From assembly GCA_963714085.1 (NCBI GenBank), contig OY970229.1, positions 480,001 to 544,000 of the forward strand: a stretch of 64,000 bases of DNA, given 5' to 3'. The position numbers and the translations under genes were made by a program. Positions within the stretch are counted from its first letter, which is position 1; each line of letters begins with the position of its first letter. Below are positions 9,791-18,436 of this stretch, one piece after another. This DNA comes from an uncultured Candidatus Micrarchaeota archaeon (GTDB taxonomy: Archaea; Micrarchaeota; Micrarchaeia; Anstonellales; Bilamarchaeaceae). The notes beneath the pieces were generated by a model, which saw only the letters and a list, made by a program, of their open reading frames with translations, did no database searches and was not told where the DNA came from.

Positions 9791-9903
9791 GTCTCTGGTT
9801 TCGCTATTTTCCACAATGCCTCGAAATATGTTTCGAAGCTTTTAACCGCTTCCTCGCTTTCGATGAGAAACCCTTTCGGCTCGCGGGTAAAGGAGACCGC
9901 CAT
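9787..9903 (-). pseudogene. C-terminal gene fragment resembling TrmB-type regulator tails
   Basis: ...REPKGFLIESEEAVKSFETYFEALWKIAK; no plausible N-terminus; the stop codon lies within the cassette end sequence. Confidence 0.5.
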
Positions 9904-9977
9904 GGAAGGCGAGGGAGTGCAACGGCCAGTTCTCGCTGAACGTGCTGAAGCCGGATCATTGAGGGTACGCACTGCAC

Positions 9978-10757
9978 CTAAGCTGATCGCAGTAGCGCCG
10001 CATCCGGATACCGATAGGCGCTGCCGATGCCATCCTGCCGTACCAGTTCCGCAAGGGCTTGCGGTGAGAATGCAGCTACTGAGAGGGCCGCCGTCCCCAT
10101 GGCTGATTCTATGCCTTCGAGGTCGTCCACCAGGTGTATCGGCATCGCTGAAAAACTGCCCTTTCTTTTCAGGCATTCGATTATACCCACCTTTTCTAGG
10201 ATGGCGTCGCGGGTCAGTCCAACGCGCCTCAATTCCACGAGCCTGGCGCAAACATCCGGTGGTGCCCTGAAACCAATAACATCCGGCGTCCCTACTGACT
10301 CTGGTCTGTGGATGGTGAATTTCCGCGCCGATAGTCTGTGAACTAATATGTTTCTAAGTACATGCAAGCATCCGCCATCATCGAACAGGCGCTCTATCCC
10401 GTATTCGCCTGATTTGGGCCGATAGGATAGGATTCCGTGGCCAAACTCAGGAAATTCGGCTGCAAGGAAGATGAACAGGTCGGCAATCCCAGGCCTTGGG
10501 TGGAATACTCGCTCCGGCATTTCGAATCCGAGTGTGTTGTCAAGATCCCAGAAAACCATGGCCCGCCCTGCTTTTGCCCACTCTTGGCAGGTCCGGAAAA
10601 CCAGGATGGTGAATCCGATTTCGTTCCCGATGATTCCTGCCTTCGCGTCTTCTTTACGCGTGCAGATAAGCTGCTCCATCAGTGCTTTTTGCCGGCTTAA
10701 GAATTGCCGCAAGCGGGGCTGGACATTTTCGCTTATGGTTGATATGAGCGCACCCAT
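9978..10757 (-). CDS. HAD-like hypothetical protein
   Basis: VFWDLDNTLG (motif I), ILSYR (motif II-like), HLVDD (motif IV). Confidence 0.6.
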   Translation of the reverse strand: MGALISTISENVQPRLRQFLSRQKALMEQLICTRKEDAKAGIIGNEIGFTILVFRTCQEWAKAGRAMVFWDLDNTLGFEMPERVFHPRPGIADLFIFLAAEFPEFGHGILSYRPKSGEYGIERLFDDGGCLHVLRNILVHRLSARKFTIHRPESVGTPDVIGFRAPPDVCARLVELRRVGLTRDAILEKVGIIECLKRKGSFSAMPIHLVDDLEGIESAMGTAALSVAAFSPQALAELVRQDGIGSAYRYPDAALLRSA

Positions 10758-10802
10758 GTTAGTATCAGTGCAATTTCAAGTTTATAAATTATATGGTATT
10801 TA

Positions 10803-11840
10803 TTGTATAGTTATATGTGTTCTCAATCGCGCGCGTGCCGCGCTGGCAGCAGGGAAAAAGTCAAGGTGGCGTTCATCGGAGCCGGGAATATCGCAGCGCA
10901 GCACATGCGAGCGCTTGTCGCATTCCCAGACGTCGCGGTGGAAGGGGTTTGCGACGTCAGTAAAAGCGTCCTTGAGCAAAGGCGTCTGGAGTTCGGCGTA
11001 GGTACGTATTCGTCCGTGGGCGCCATGCTCCGCTCGGTTTCTCCTGACGCCGTGTTCATCTGCCTTCCACCCTACGCCCACGGTGGTGCAGAGCGGGCCT
11101 GCATAAGCCGTGGCATCCCGTTCTTGGTTGAGAAACCACTGTCCAATGACCTGTTCCTTGCCAGGAAAATAGCAGCCGAGGTCCGCAGGACTGGACTGCT
11201 GACCTCCGTCGCCTACATGAACCGTTATAGGCGGAGTGTCCAGAGGGCCAAAGAACTGCTCGGCAAGCATCCCCCCGTTCTGATTGACGCTGGCTGGCGT
11301 ATAGGCACGCCGCTGGGCCACCCTTGGCTGACCCAAAAACGCCTCTCGGGAGGGCAGCTCCTCGAACAGACCACACACTTATTCGACCTCATCAGATACC
11401 TTTGTGGGGAAGCCGCCAGCGTCTATTGCTGCGGCGCTAGGGGCTTCGTTCCAAGGAGCCGCGCATACGATACGGATGATGCGACTGTCGTGAGCCTGTG
11501 CATGAGAAACGGTGCGGTAGCCTCGATACAGAGCTCCTGGTCAAGCGGATTATGCGACATGATACATATCAGGTTCCTCGGACCGGCGATAATGGTGGAA
11601 CTTACTGGCTGGAACCAGGATGCGAGGATAGTCACCAAAAGATCGAGTGTGGAGATAAGCGGCGAAGAGGATATTTTTGCCATCGAGGACAGGGCCTTCC
11701 TGCATGCAGTGAGGAGTGGCGACTCTTCCGGCGTACTCAGCGACTATGGCGAAGGCGTGAGGAGCCTGGAGCTGAGCATTGCAGCCAACATGAGTCTGGA
11801 AACCGGAAAGCCGATCAAACTTCGTGGAGACGGGAAATGA
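10803..11840 (+). CDS. Gfo/Idh/MocA family oxidoreductase
   Basis: KVAFIGAGNIA, LPPYAH, LVEKPL, SGGQLLEQTTHLFD; start may be ATG 10815. Confidence 0.92.
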   Translation: MYSYMCSQSRACRAGSREKVKVAFIGAGNIAAQHMRALVAFPDVAVEGVCDVSKSVLEQRRLEFGVGTYSSVGAMLRSVSPDAVFICLPPYAHGGAERACISRGIPFLVEKPLSNDLFLARKIAAEVRRTGLLTSVAYMNRYRRSVQRAKELLGKHPPVLIDAGWRIGTPLGHPWLTQKRLSGGQLLEQTTHLFDLIRYLCGEAASVYCCGARGFVPRSRAYDTDDATVVSLCMRNGAVASIQSSWSSGLCDMIHIRFLGPAIMVELTGWNQDARIVTKRSSVEISGEEDIFAIEDRAFLHAVRSGDSSGVLSDYGEGVRSLELSIAANMSLETGKPIKLRGDGK

Positions 11841-12315
11841 TCTCCTTTACCGCATCTTCCACCCGTCCGGAGATGTCGATGGTCGTGCCGTAATCTAACC
11901 TGGCAACCAGCCTGTAGACGTCTCTGACAGCCGTTTTTCCGTAAGGCGCGGCCCGCTTTCTGTCCCTTTCGATGCAGATCTCAAGCGGCGCATTCAGGCT
12001 GAATACGAAACCCCGGTAGGGGGACAAGCGGCCCATCAGGTCGTCTATGGCTTCCCTGTGGTAAAAGCAGGCGTCAAAAATCACAATCCGGTCGCCGTCA
12101 AGGTTTTTCCTTGCAGCCGGAGCCATCAGCCTGTCTGCTTTGATGAAGTTTTCAACAGGGATGCAGCCGATTTTCGTATCGATGACGTCCAATCCATTCT
12201 CGGCAAGGACGGCATCAACCGAAACATAAGCGGCTCCCATAGCTGCAGCTATTTTACTTGCAATGGTTGTCTTGCCGCAGCCCAGCGGCCCCCTTATGAT
12301 TACGAAATATGCCAT
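11815..12315 (-). CDS. P-loop small-molecule/nucleotide kinase (AAA_33/gluconate-kinase-like)
   Basis: IIRGPLGCGKTT, VIFDACF, APLEICIERDRKR. Confidence 0.85.
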   Translation of the reverse strand: MAYFVIIRGPLGCGKTTIASKIAAAMGAAYVSVDAVLAENGLDVIDTKIGCIPVENFIKADRLMAPAARKNLDGDRIVIFDACFYHREAIDDLMGRLSPYRGFVFSLNAPLEICIERDRKRAAPYGKTAVRDVYRLVARLDYGTTIDISGRVEDAVKEIISRLHEV

Positions 12316-12478
12316 GGCAGGTCCCAGCGTTCCGGATTGGTTGGTTTCCCTTTTGTATCCCCCTCCCTGGTATTAAATATTCGCCTCAGCCAGCCGCCAC
12401 GGGAGTCCAATTAAAATCTTACACATTTATTTACCTAACAAAACATTATTATACTTTTTCATGGTATAATTAGCAATC

Positions 12479-13660
12479 ATGAATCATTTGGCGTATGCAG
12501 GAAATACTGCAGCTGAAGTTGCGCAGAAAGGCGCTCCGGCAAAGACCAAGATTTCCCTACTGTCGAAAGGCATCGCCTTCGACCTGAGTCTATTCAAGGA
12601 CTTCCCAGGCACTTTCTATGATAACCAGTATGTGTACGGGAGGACCAGCCAGGGTGCCCTGCCTGAGCACAGACTGCCTCAGATACTGAGACTGGGGGAC
12701 GGCGTGGTTACCGCGCTTTTAAGGCGCCGGAACAGCCCCTGGCAACTGAAACTAGAGGGCGAAATTCCGCGGCTGTATTTTGGAGGCAAGTACGTCCAGG
12801 ACGTGGAGCTTCCGGAACGGCCCCCATATTTCGGAAAAGTGCTTGGCGACGGCATTCGGAGCGAATCAGTTATAGCTGTCGCTGGAGAGAGCACGCCAGG
12901 ATTCTTCCTTTATCCGAGATGCTTCTATTTCGGCAGGGGCGAGCCCTGTGGCTTCTGCTCGCTCAAAGGCAACCGTGCGACTTCCGGTAGAGCTATGGCC
13001 ATGGACTTCACGGAAGACCTCGTCGGCAAGGCGACGCGGCTTTTCCAGAATACCGCGTGGAAGGGCATCCCGGTAATATCCATCAGCGCCGGAACCCCAG
13101 CCACGGACGAGGAAAGCATGGAGCAGGTAATCAGGCTGATAAGGGCGGTCTACGACGCCCTCGACCCGAAACTGCCCATCCACGCCCTCGTCCATCCGCC
13201 GAACGACCTGAACCTCATAGAACAGTACAAAAGGGCCGGCCTCACGTCCATCGCTTTCAACCTCGAGGTTTTCGGCAGGGATGCTTTCGCGCGGCTCTGC
13301 CCGGGCAAGGAGAAATTCTATGGTTACGACAGGTGGCTCGAAGCGCTCCGAGTGGCGAGAGACGTTTTCGGCAAGTACTCCGCCTTCTGCGGCCTCGTTT
13401 GGGGTCTTGAGCCTGCCGCCAGCACGATGGAAGGCAACAGGTATTTTTTGGAGAACGGTATCGGCATCGCATCCAACATATTCCACGCGGACCAGCATTC
13501 GCTGATGGCCGCATATTCGCATCCTGCAGAGGAGCTGATACTGGAAGTCGCCATGAACCAGCGGCAGCTATACGCTGAGCATCCTGACGCGAGGACCATC
13601 TTTCCCGTCAGCATGAGGAGCACGCTCGACTGGGAAGTTAAACGGGGTGACCTTGGGTGA
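12479..13660 (+). CDS. Radical SAM protein with CX8CX2C motif
   Basis: RCFYFGRGEPCGFC, ISAGT, AFNLEVF, CPGK, GLVWGLE. Confidence 0.8.
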   Translation: MNHLAYAGNTAAEVAQKGAPAKTKISLLSKGIAFDLSLFKDFPGTFYDNQYVYGRTSQGALPEHRLPQILRLGDGVVTALLRRRNSPWQLKLEGEIPRLYFGGKYVQDVELPERPPYFGKVLGDGIRSESVIAVAGESTPGFFLYPRCFYFGRGEPCGFCSLKGNRATSGRAMAMDFTEDLVGKATRLFQNTAWKGIPVISISAGTPATDEESMEQVIRLIRAVYDALDPKLPIHALVHPPNDLNLIEQYKRAGLTSIAFNLEVFGRDAFARLCPGKEKFYGYDRWLEALRVARDVFGKYSAFCGLVWGLEPAASTMEGNRYFLENGIGIASNIFHADQHSLMAAYSHPAEELILEVAMNQRQLYAEHPDARTIFPVSMRSTLDWEVKRGDLG

Positions 13661-14787
13661 GCGTGTACGTCGATTGCGTGGGCTGCGAGCAGAGGAAACT
13701 GGACGCGCAGAGGCTCGTGAACTGCTTCAGGGCCAATGGGGCGGGGATTGTCAGCTCGGCTAGGAAATGCAACCACGCGGTGCTGGTGACCTGCGCAGTT
13801 GATTCTTCCAACGAAGAACGGTCGCTTTCCATGCTGGACGCAGTATCGCGGGAGTTACCGGAAGGTGCCGGGATGTACATCGGGGGGTGCCTGCCGTCCA
13901 TAAGCCCCGGCAGACTTTCCGGCTATCATCTTCACGGGACATTCTCTCCGCGGACTATGGGAAGCCTTGACGCTATGTTCAACTTTGCAGTGCCAATGGA
14001 TGCAATCGCCAGGCCGAATCGGTCAGTTTTCGATTCCAGTGCGGAACCGATCGGAGTGGTTTCCCCCAGGCAGGCTTACGACGATGCGAAAGCGGGGTTC
14101 AAGGTCGTAATAGACGACGGCTGCCTGATGGGCTGCTCGTACTGCGTGATAAAGCGAGCCACAGGCAGCCTAAGGAGCATGAGCGCGGAAAGCATCCTGG
14201 CGCAAATCAAGGATGGCATCTCAAGAGGCGAGAAGACGATAATGCTCATGGGCGGGGACGCTGGCGCCTACGGGAAGGACATCGGAACCGGGCTGCAGCG
14301 ATTGCTCTCCGACATCCTAGCAATTCCATCAGAGTTCAGGCTCTTCATACACGATTTCAACGTGAACTGGCTGATACGTGGCGCGGAAGAGTACCTCCGC
14401 GTCTTTTCATCCTCTGGCGGCAGGAAAATCGGCGCAATATGCTTCCCCATCCAGTCTGGCAGCGACCGCATACTGGCCTTGATGAAAAGGGGCCACACGT
14501 CCGGGAGCGCGGCCGAGGCGCTTAAGCAGGTCCGCTCTGTTTCGCCCGGCATGGGCCTAGGCACCCATGTGATAATCGGTTTTCCTAGCGAGGCTGACGC
14601 TGATTTTGCAGCTACGATGGGCATGCTCGAATACGTCGGTTTCGATTTCATCACCTGCTTCCCATACTCTGAGCATGCGTTGGCCGGTTCCGCTGCCCTG
14701 GCTGGAAAGGTCGGACCTGAAGCCGTGGAAGCCAGGTTCGAAAGAATATCCTCGGTGTTTGGGGACCGAGTGAAAATAGTGAGATGA
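13657..14787 (+). CDS. Methylthiotransferase-like radical SAM (UPF0004 + rSAM) lacking TRAM
   Basis: GCEQRKLD, TCAV, GGCLP; GCLMGCSYC; PIQSGSDRILALMKRGH; IIGFPSE; ends at 376 aa without TRAM. Confidence 0.88.
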   Translation: MSVYVDCVGCEQRKLDAQRLVNCFRANGAGIVSSARKCNHAVLVTCAVDSSNEERSLSMLDAVSRELPEGAGMYIGGCLPSISPGRLSGYHLHGTFSPRTMGSLDAMFNFAVPMDAIARPNRSVFDSSAEPIGVVSPRQAYDDAKAGFKVVIDDGCLMGCSYCVIKRATGSLRSMSAESILAQIKDGISRGEKTIMLMGGDAGAYGKDIGTGLQRLLSDILAIPSEFRLFIHDFNVNWLIRGAEEYLRVFSSSGGRKIGAICFPIQSGSDRILALMKRGHTSGSAAEALKQVRSVSPGMGLGTHVIIGFPSEADADFAATMGMLEYVGFDFITCFPYSEHALAGSAALAGKVGPEAVEARFERISSVFGDRVKIVR

Positions 14788-14791
14788 CGGC

Positions 14792-16675
14792 ATGGCGGTC
14801 TTGTGCGTTGCCAGGGATTTTACAGCGCTTCACGGTACGAGAAGCGTGAAAAGGGACGGGTTCAGGGCCGAGGTCAGGCTCTCCGGAAATATCTCCAAAG
14901 GTTTTGTCAGCGGCCTGGACCACGCAACGTTGCAGAAAGCCCTGGGTGAAACCGTGGCGCGGCTGGAAGGTTCGTATCTCGACGACGTGGTCGGCAGGGC
15001 AACCAACGAAAACATTGCCCTTTATATAATGCACTCGCTGGCCGGCCTGCCCGTGGGTTCCGTGCTGGTGAGGGAAGGCCAGGGGCAGTCAGTGGAAGTA
15101 TCTTCGTCAGACCTGGATTCAAGCGCTTATCCGGCATACTTATATTTGAGCAGGGCGCAGAGCTTGCTGCTCAGGGATAAGATTCTAGAAGCCACGGCTG
15201 CCGCGGAGGCAGCCATAAGGCTGGACCCCGCCGTGGCCGAAGCCCACAATCTCATGGGCAGATGCCAGAAATACCTTGGGCACAATGACCTGGCTGCTGA
15301 AAGCTATGCGAGGGCTGTGGTCCTGCAGCCTAATTTCGGAGATGCCTACCGTAACCTCGGGAATGCGTACCTTGAACTAGGCCGGTACAGTGAGATGGCC
15401 GAGGCGTTCGCCAGGGCGACGGAGCTGACACCCGGTTCGGCTTTAGCATTCAACAACCGCGGTTTCGGGTATCAGAAGCTTGGTGACCTCAGGCGGGCGC
15501 TTGAGTGCCATTCGAAGGCCATAGAACTTGACCCGCATTACGCTGAAGCCTATGAGGACAGGAGCAAGGTGCACGAGGCACTTGGAAATGCCGAGATGGC
15601 CAGGCAGGACGTCGCGACGGCGAAGGAACTGATATCGTCAGGAACTGACACCTATTCGCCAATCACGCCATATTATGATGGCAATGCCATGCCCAGATAT
15701 GTGCCGCCGGATCTGTATTACGGTATCGCAGTCTATAACGAGGAAGGGAACATTCGCAGGTGCCTGGATTCGCTTGAGCGGCAGAGCTTCGAGGGCAGGG
15801 TCGAGACCATCATCTGCCTCAACGGCTGCACTGACCGGAGCGAGAAGGAAGCCCATGAAGGCAAGGCGAAGTACCCAGGGCTGAACGTAAAAATCATACA
15901 CAGCAAAAAGAAGGGCAAGGCGTTCGCCCAGAACCAGATTATCCGCTCAATCAGGGACAGGACCGTTCCCATAGCCTTCATAGACGCCGATGTGGTGCCG
16001 GAAACTGACTGCATGGCAGTTCTGGAGCGGGAGTTACGCAGCCTGAAGCAGCTCGTTGCCGTGGGCACATGGCCTGAACCTGAACGCGGTCCACGGCAGT
16101 CCCTCTGGCAGCGATTCCTTTACTGGATATTGTATGCCCGGGCCTTTTACCCGCAAGCCGAAGTATCCGGGCATGACGTTTCTGCATACAAGCGCTTTGC
16201 CAGGCAAAACCCACAGCCCCTGGTGAGTCCTGAGTTCGAGATGCGCTCGAAGATATTCTTTCACGGTAGGACGTTCATGCTGAGGAATGCCTCCTTCTTT
16301 CGCCTGCCGGAAGATGCAAACGTGGCAGACGATACCTACCTGCCGAATTTCATCCATACGACATACGGTCCGGGTACCGTAAGGATAAGATACGACGCCA
16401 AGGTGCTCTACAAGCCATATCTCTCGCTAAGGGCGCATTTCAAGGCCTACTGGCGGGTGTACTCAGACCTTCGGAGAATGGACCTGGAAGGCGCTTTTGC
16501 GGAGTCTAGGAAGCTGGAAAAGACGAGGCTTGACTGGAAGTTCATATTTTCAAAAGGCATTGCCACGTCCCTGCAGTTCGCGATATACAGGTTCGTCGTA
16601 GGAGTTGAACGGGCGCTCTACCATATGCTTCCGGAAAAGAAGCTGGGCGAACTCTGGTATTATCAGAAAAAATAG
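14792..16675 (+). CDS. Fusion: degenerate QueD/PTPS-like domain + TPR repeats + GT2 glycosyltransferase
   Basis: N-terminal FTALH...GLDH..LQKAL...LEGSYLDD..RATNENIALYI; several TPRs (AEAHNLMG, DAYRNLGNAY, AFNNRGF, AEAYEDRS); IAVYNEEGNI, NGCTD, GKAFAQN, FIDADV. Confidence 0.8.
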   Translation: MAVLCVARDFTALHGTRSVKRDGFRAEVRLSGNISKGFVSGLDHATLQKALGETVARLEGSYLDDVVGRATNENIALYIMHSLAGLPVGSVLVREGQGQSVEVSSSDLDSSAYPAYLYLSRAQSLLLRDKILEATAAAEAAIRLDPAVAEAHNLMGRCQKYLGHNDLAAESYARAVVLQPNFGDAYRNLGNAYLELGRYSEMAEAFARATELTPGSALAFNNRGFGYQKLGDLRRALECHSKAIELDPHYAEAYEDRSKVHEALGNAEMARQDVATAKELISSGTDTYSPITPYYDGNAMPRYVPPDLYYGIAVYNEEGNIRRCLDSLERQSFEGRVETIICLNGCTDRSEKEAHEGKAKYPGLNVKIIHSKKKGKAFAQNQIIRSIRDRTVPIAFIDADVVPETDCMAVLERELRSLKQLVAVGTWPEPERGPRQSLWQRFLYWILYARAFYPQAEVSGHDVSAYKRFARQNPQPLVSPEFEMRSKIFFHGRTFMLRNASFFRLPEDANVADDTYLPNFIHTTYGPGTVRIRYDAKVLYKPYLSLRAHFKAYWRVYSDLRRMDLEGAFAESRKLEKTRLDWKFIFSKGIATSLQFAIYRFVVGVERALYHMLPEKKLGELWYYQKK

Positions 16676-16697
16676 CTGTGGATGGAGGGTGAGAATC

Positions 16698-18017
16698 ATG
16701 CAAAAGAAGCTGAAACGAGGGCCTCCGGCCCATGAACGTCCGATGTGGCGCCTTGCACGAAACATGACGCCTTGCGCGACGGAGATAGTGAGTGGAAAGG
16801 GCATATATTTCAGGGACAGCAGTGGCAAGGAGTACATGGACCTGACCGCCCAGACACTCAACCTGAACCTCGGCCACCGCCATCCGTCCATAATGCGGGC
16901 CGTGCTTGCGAAGCTGCGTGAAGACGGATTTACCTACTACGTGTCGCCCAGATTCGGAAACCGCCACGTCTCGCAATTGGCGCAGAAGCTGGTTTCGCTG
17001 GCTCCTGAGGGTCTCAACAGGGTGAACCTGCACTTGTGCAACGGAAGCGACGCGAACGAGGACGCGATAAAGCGGGCGAGGAAGTACCACGACGGAAAGA
17101 GGATGACGATAATCTCGTTCAAGGGAAGTTTCCTGGGGACTTCCTGCGAATCCATCAGCGCGTCCGGTGGCAATTTCTACAAGGAGGCGTGCCTTGGTGG
17201 CTCAGGGCAATATGTCTTTCTGGACTCCGTGATGCCGAATAGGATACCGAAGGGGTCCAGCCTCGAAGAGGAGGTCCAATCCAGGCTCATGGACGTGGAA
17301 CAAACTATCAAAAGAAGGAGGGACATAGCCGGAATCATAATGGAGCTAGTCCCTTTCAACGCAGGAGTCATCGTCCTTCCGAGGGAATATGTGAAGGGGA
17401 TAGAGAGGATATGCAAGGAGAACGACGTGGCGCTGCTGGTGGACGAGGTCCAGACCGCCTTCGGCTGGTGCGGCGACGTATTCGCGTCGAATGTATATGG
17501 CATAAGGCCCGACGTGATAACCCTGGCCAAGGGGATGACGGCCGGCTTCCCTGCCCTGGCGGCAACAGTCTTCAAGGCGAAATACGACGTCCTGACGGGC
17601 GGGACTTCCGAGAACACATTCGGCGCTCAAACGCTCGGCTGCGTGGCGACGATCGCGAACATCGACTATCTGGTTTCGTCCGGCATAATGGATGCGATAC
17701 CAGCAAAACACGCCTTGTTCATGGAGCACCTGGAAAGGATGAAAGACGCGTATCCGTTCATAGGCGACGTCAGGGGAATAGGGCTGATGTTCGGAATAGA
17801 CTTCGTTCGCGCTGACGGAACGCCCGACATGGAGACGAACATCGACGTCTACCAGGCGGCGTTCATGCGTGGATTGTCAGTAAACGTCTCGACCTCCCAA
17901 AGGGGAAAACACAACGTGATAAGCCTCAAGCCGCCCCTGACGATAACATTAAGGGAAATAAACGAGGCTATGAGTCGTCTGGGCGATGCCATGCGCTCCG
18001 TAGCGAAGAAAAGATAA
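16698..18017 (+). CDS. Class III PLP-dependent aminotransferase (divergent)
   Basis: GKGIYFRD..GKEYMD, NLGHRHP, LLVDEVQTAFG, PDVITLAKG, GDVRGIGLM, KPPL; ATG 16698 after SD GGAGGGTG. Confidence 0.92.
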   Translation: MQKKLKRGPPAHERPMWRLARNMTPCATEIVSGKGIYFRDSSGKEYMDLTAQTLNLNLGHRHPSIMRAVLAKLREDGFTYYVSPRFGNRHVSQLAQKLVSLAPEGLNRVNLHLCNGSDANEDAIKRARKYHDGKRMTIISFKGSFLGTSCESISASGGNFYKEACLGGSGQYVFLDSVMPNRIPKGSSLEEEVQSRLMDVEQTIKRRRDIAGIIMELVPFNAGVIVLPREYVKGIERICKENDVALLVDEVQTAFGWCGDVFASNVYGIRPDVITLAKGMTAGFPALAATVFKAKYDVLTGGTSENTFGAQTLGCVATIANIDYLVSSGIMDAIPAKHALFMEHLERMKDAYPFIGDVRGIGLMFGIDFVRADGTPDMETNIDVYQAAFMRGLSVNVSTSQRGKHNVISLKPPLTITLREINEAMSRLGDAMRSVAKKR

Positions 18018-18162
18018 TAGAGCTGCACAGTTTTTGGCATGCCTTTGACACGTCAGTTCTTTGCCAAACTTTTTTCCTAAAAAGGTAGGTGCAGAAGATA
18101 CCGAGCCATAAGAAGAACCTTGCCCACGAGATCCCAGACTAGGGCTCGGAGCATCCGCTTAG

Positions 18163-18336
18163 AGATTAGAACCAAAGTTCGAATCTTCAAGAGTGCATTT
18201 CGTTTTGTCAGATACAACAAATATGTCGAAGAATGATGCTAAAATAATTAGAAAATAATTCAGCAGAAAAGATTGGAATCATTGGTTCGGGTCTTTTTCT
18301 TGCAGTCCCGAACCTTTGATTCTATGCAGGAGGAAG
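18163..18336. repeat. Conserved right end of cassette B abutting tRNA-Leu
   Basis: Homologous to ~9460-9634. Confidence 0.8.
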
Positions 18337-18409
18337 GATTTGAACCTTCGAAGGCACTAAGCCAGCGGATCTTAAGTCCGCCGCGTTTTCCGGACTTCGC
18401 TACTCCTGC
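18325..18409 (-). tRNA. tRNA-Leu(TAA)
   Basis: GCAGGAG...GCGGA-CT-TAA-GA-TCCGC, long variable arm, GGTTCAAATCC, CTCCTGCA. Confidence 0.96.
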
Positions 18410-18436
18410 ATGATTAGAAAATATTTATCCAGACTG

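Larger units (their letters stand above)
7073..18336. mobile_element. Tandem array of three integrase-less cassettes at the tRNA-Leu(TAA) 3' end (C 7073-7764, A 7752-9634, B 9622-18336)
   Basis: TGCAGGAGGAAG (reverse complement of the tRNA 3' end) at 7073, 7753, 9623 and 18325; A and B share homologous left ends (7752-7913 / 9622-9790) and right ends (~9460-9634 / ~18163-18336). Confidence 0.8.

Noticed and set aside
7073..18336. CRISPR array or Tn7/IS interpretation of the repeats
   Set aside because: Spacing is kilobase-scale and irregular, there are no cas or tns genes or terminal inverted repeats, and the repeated core equals the tRNA 3' end.
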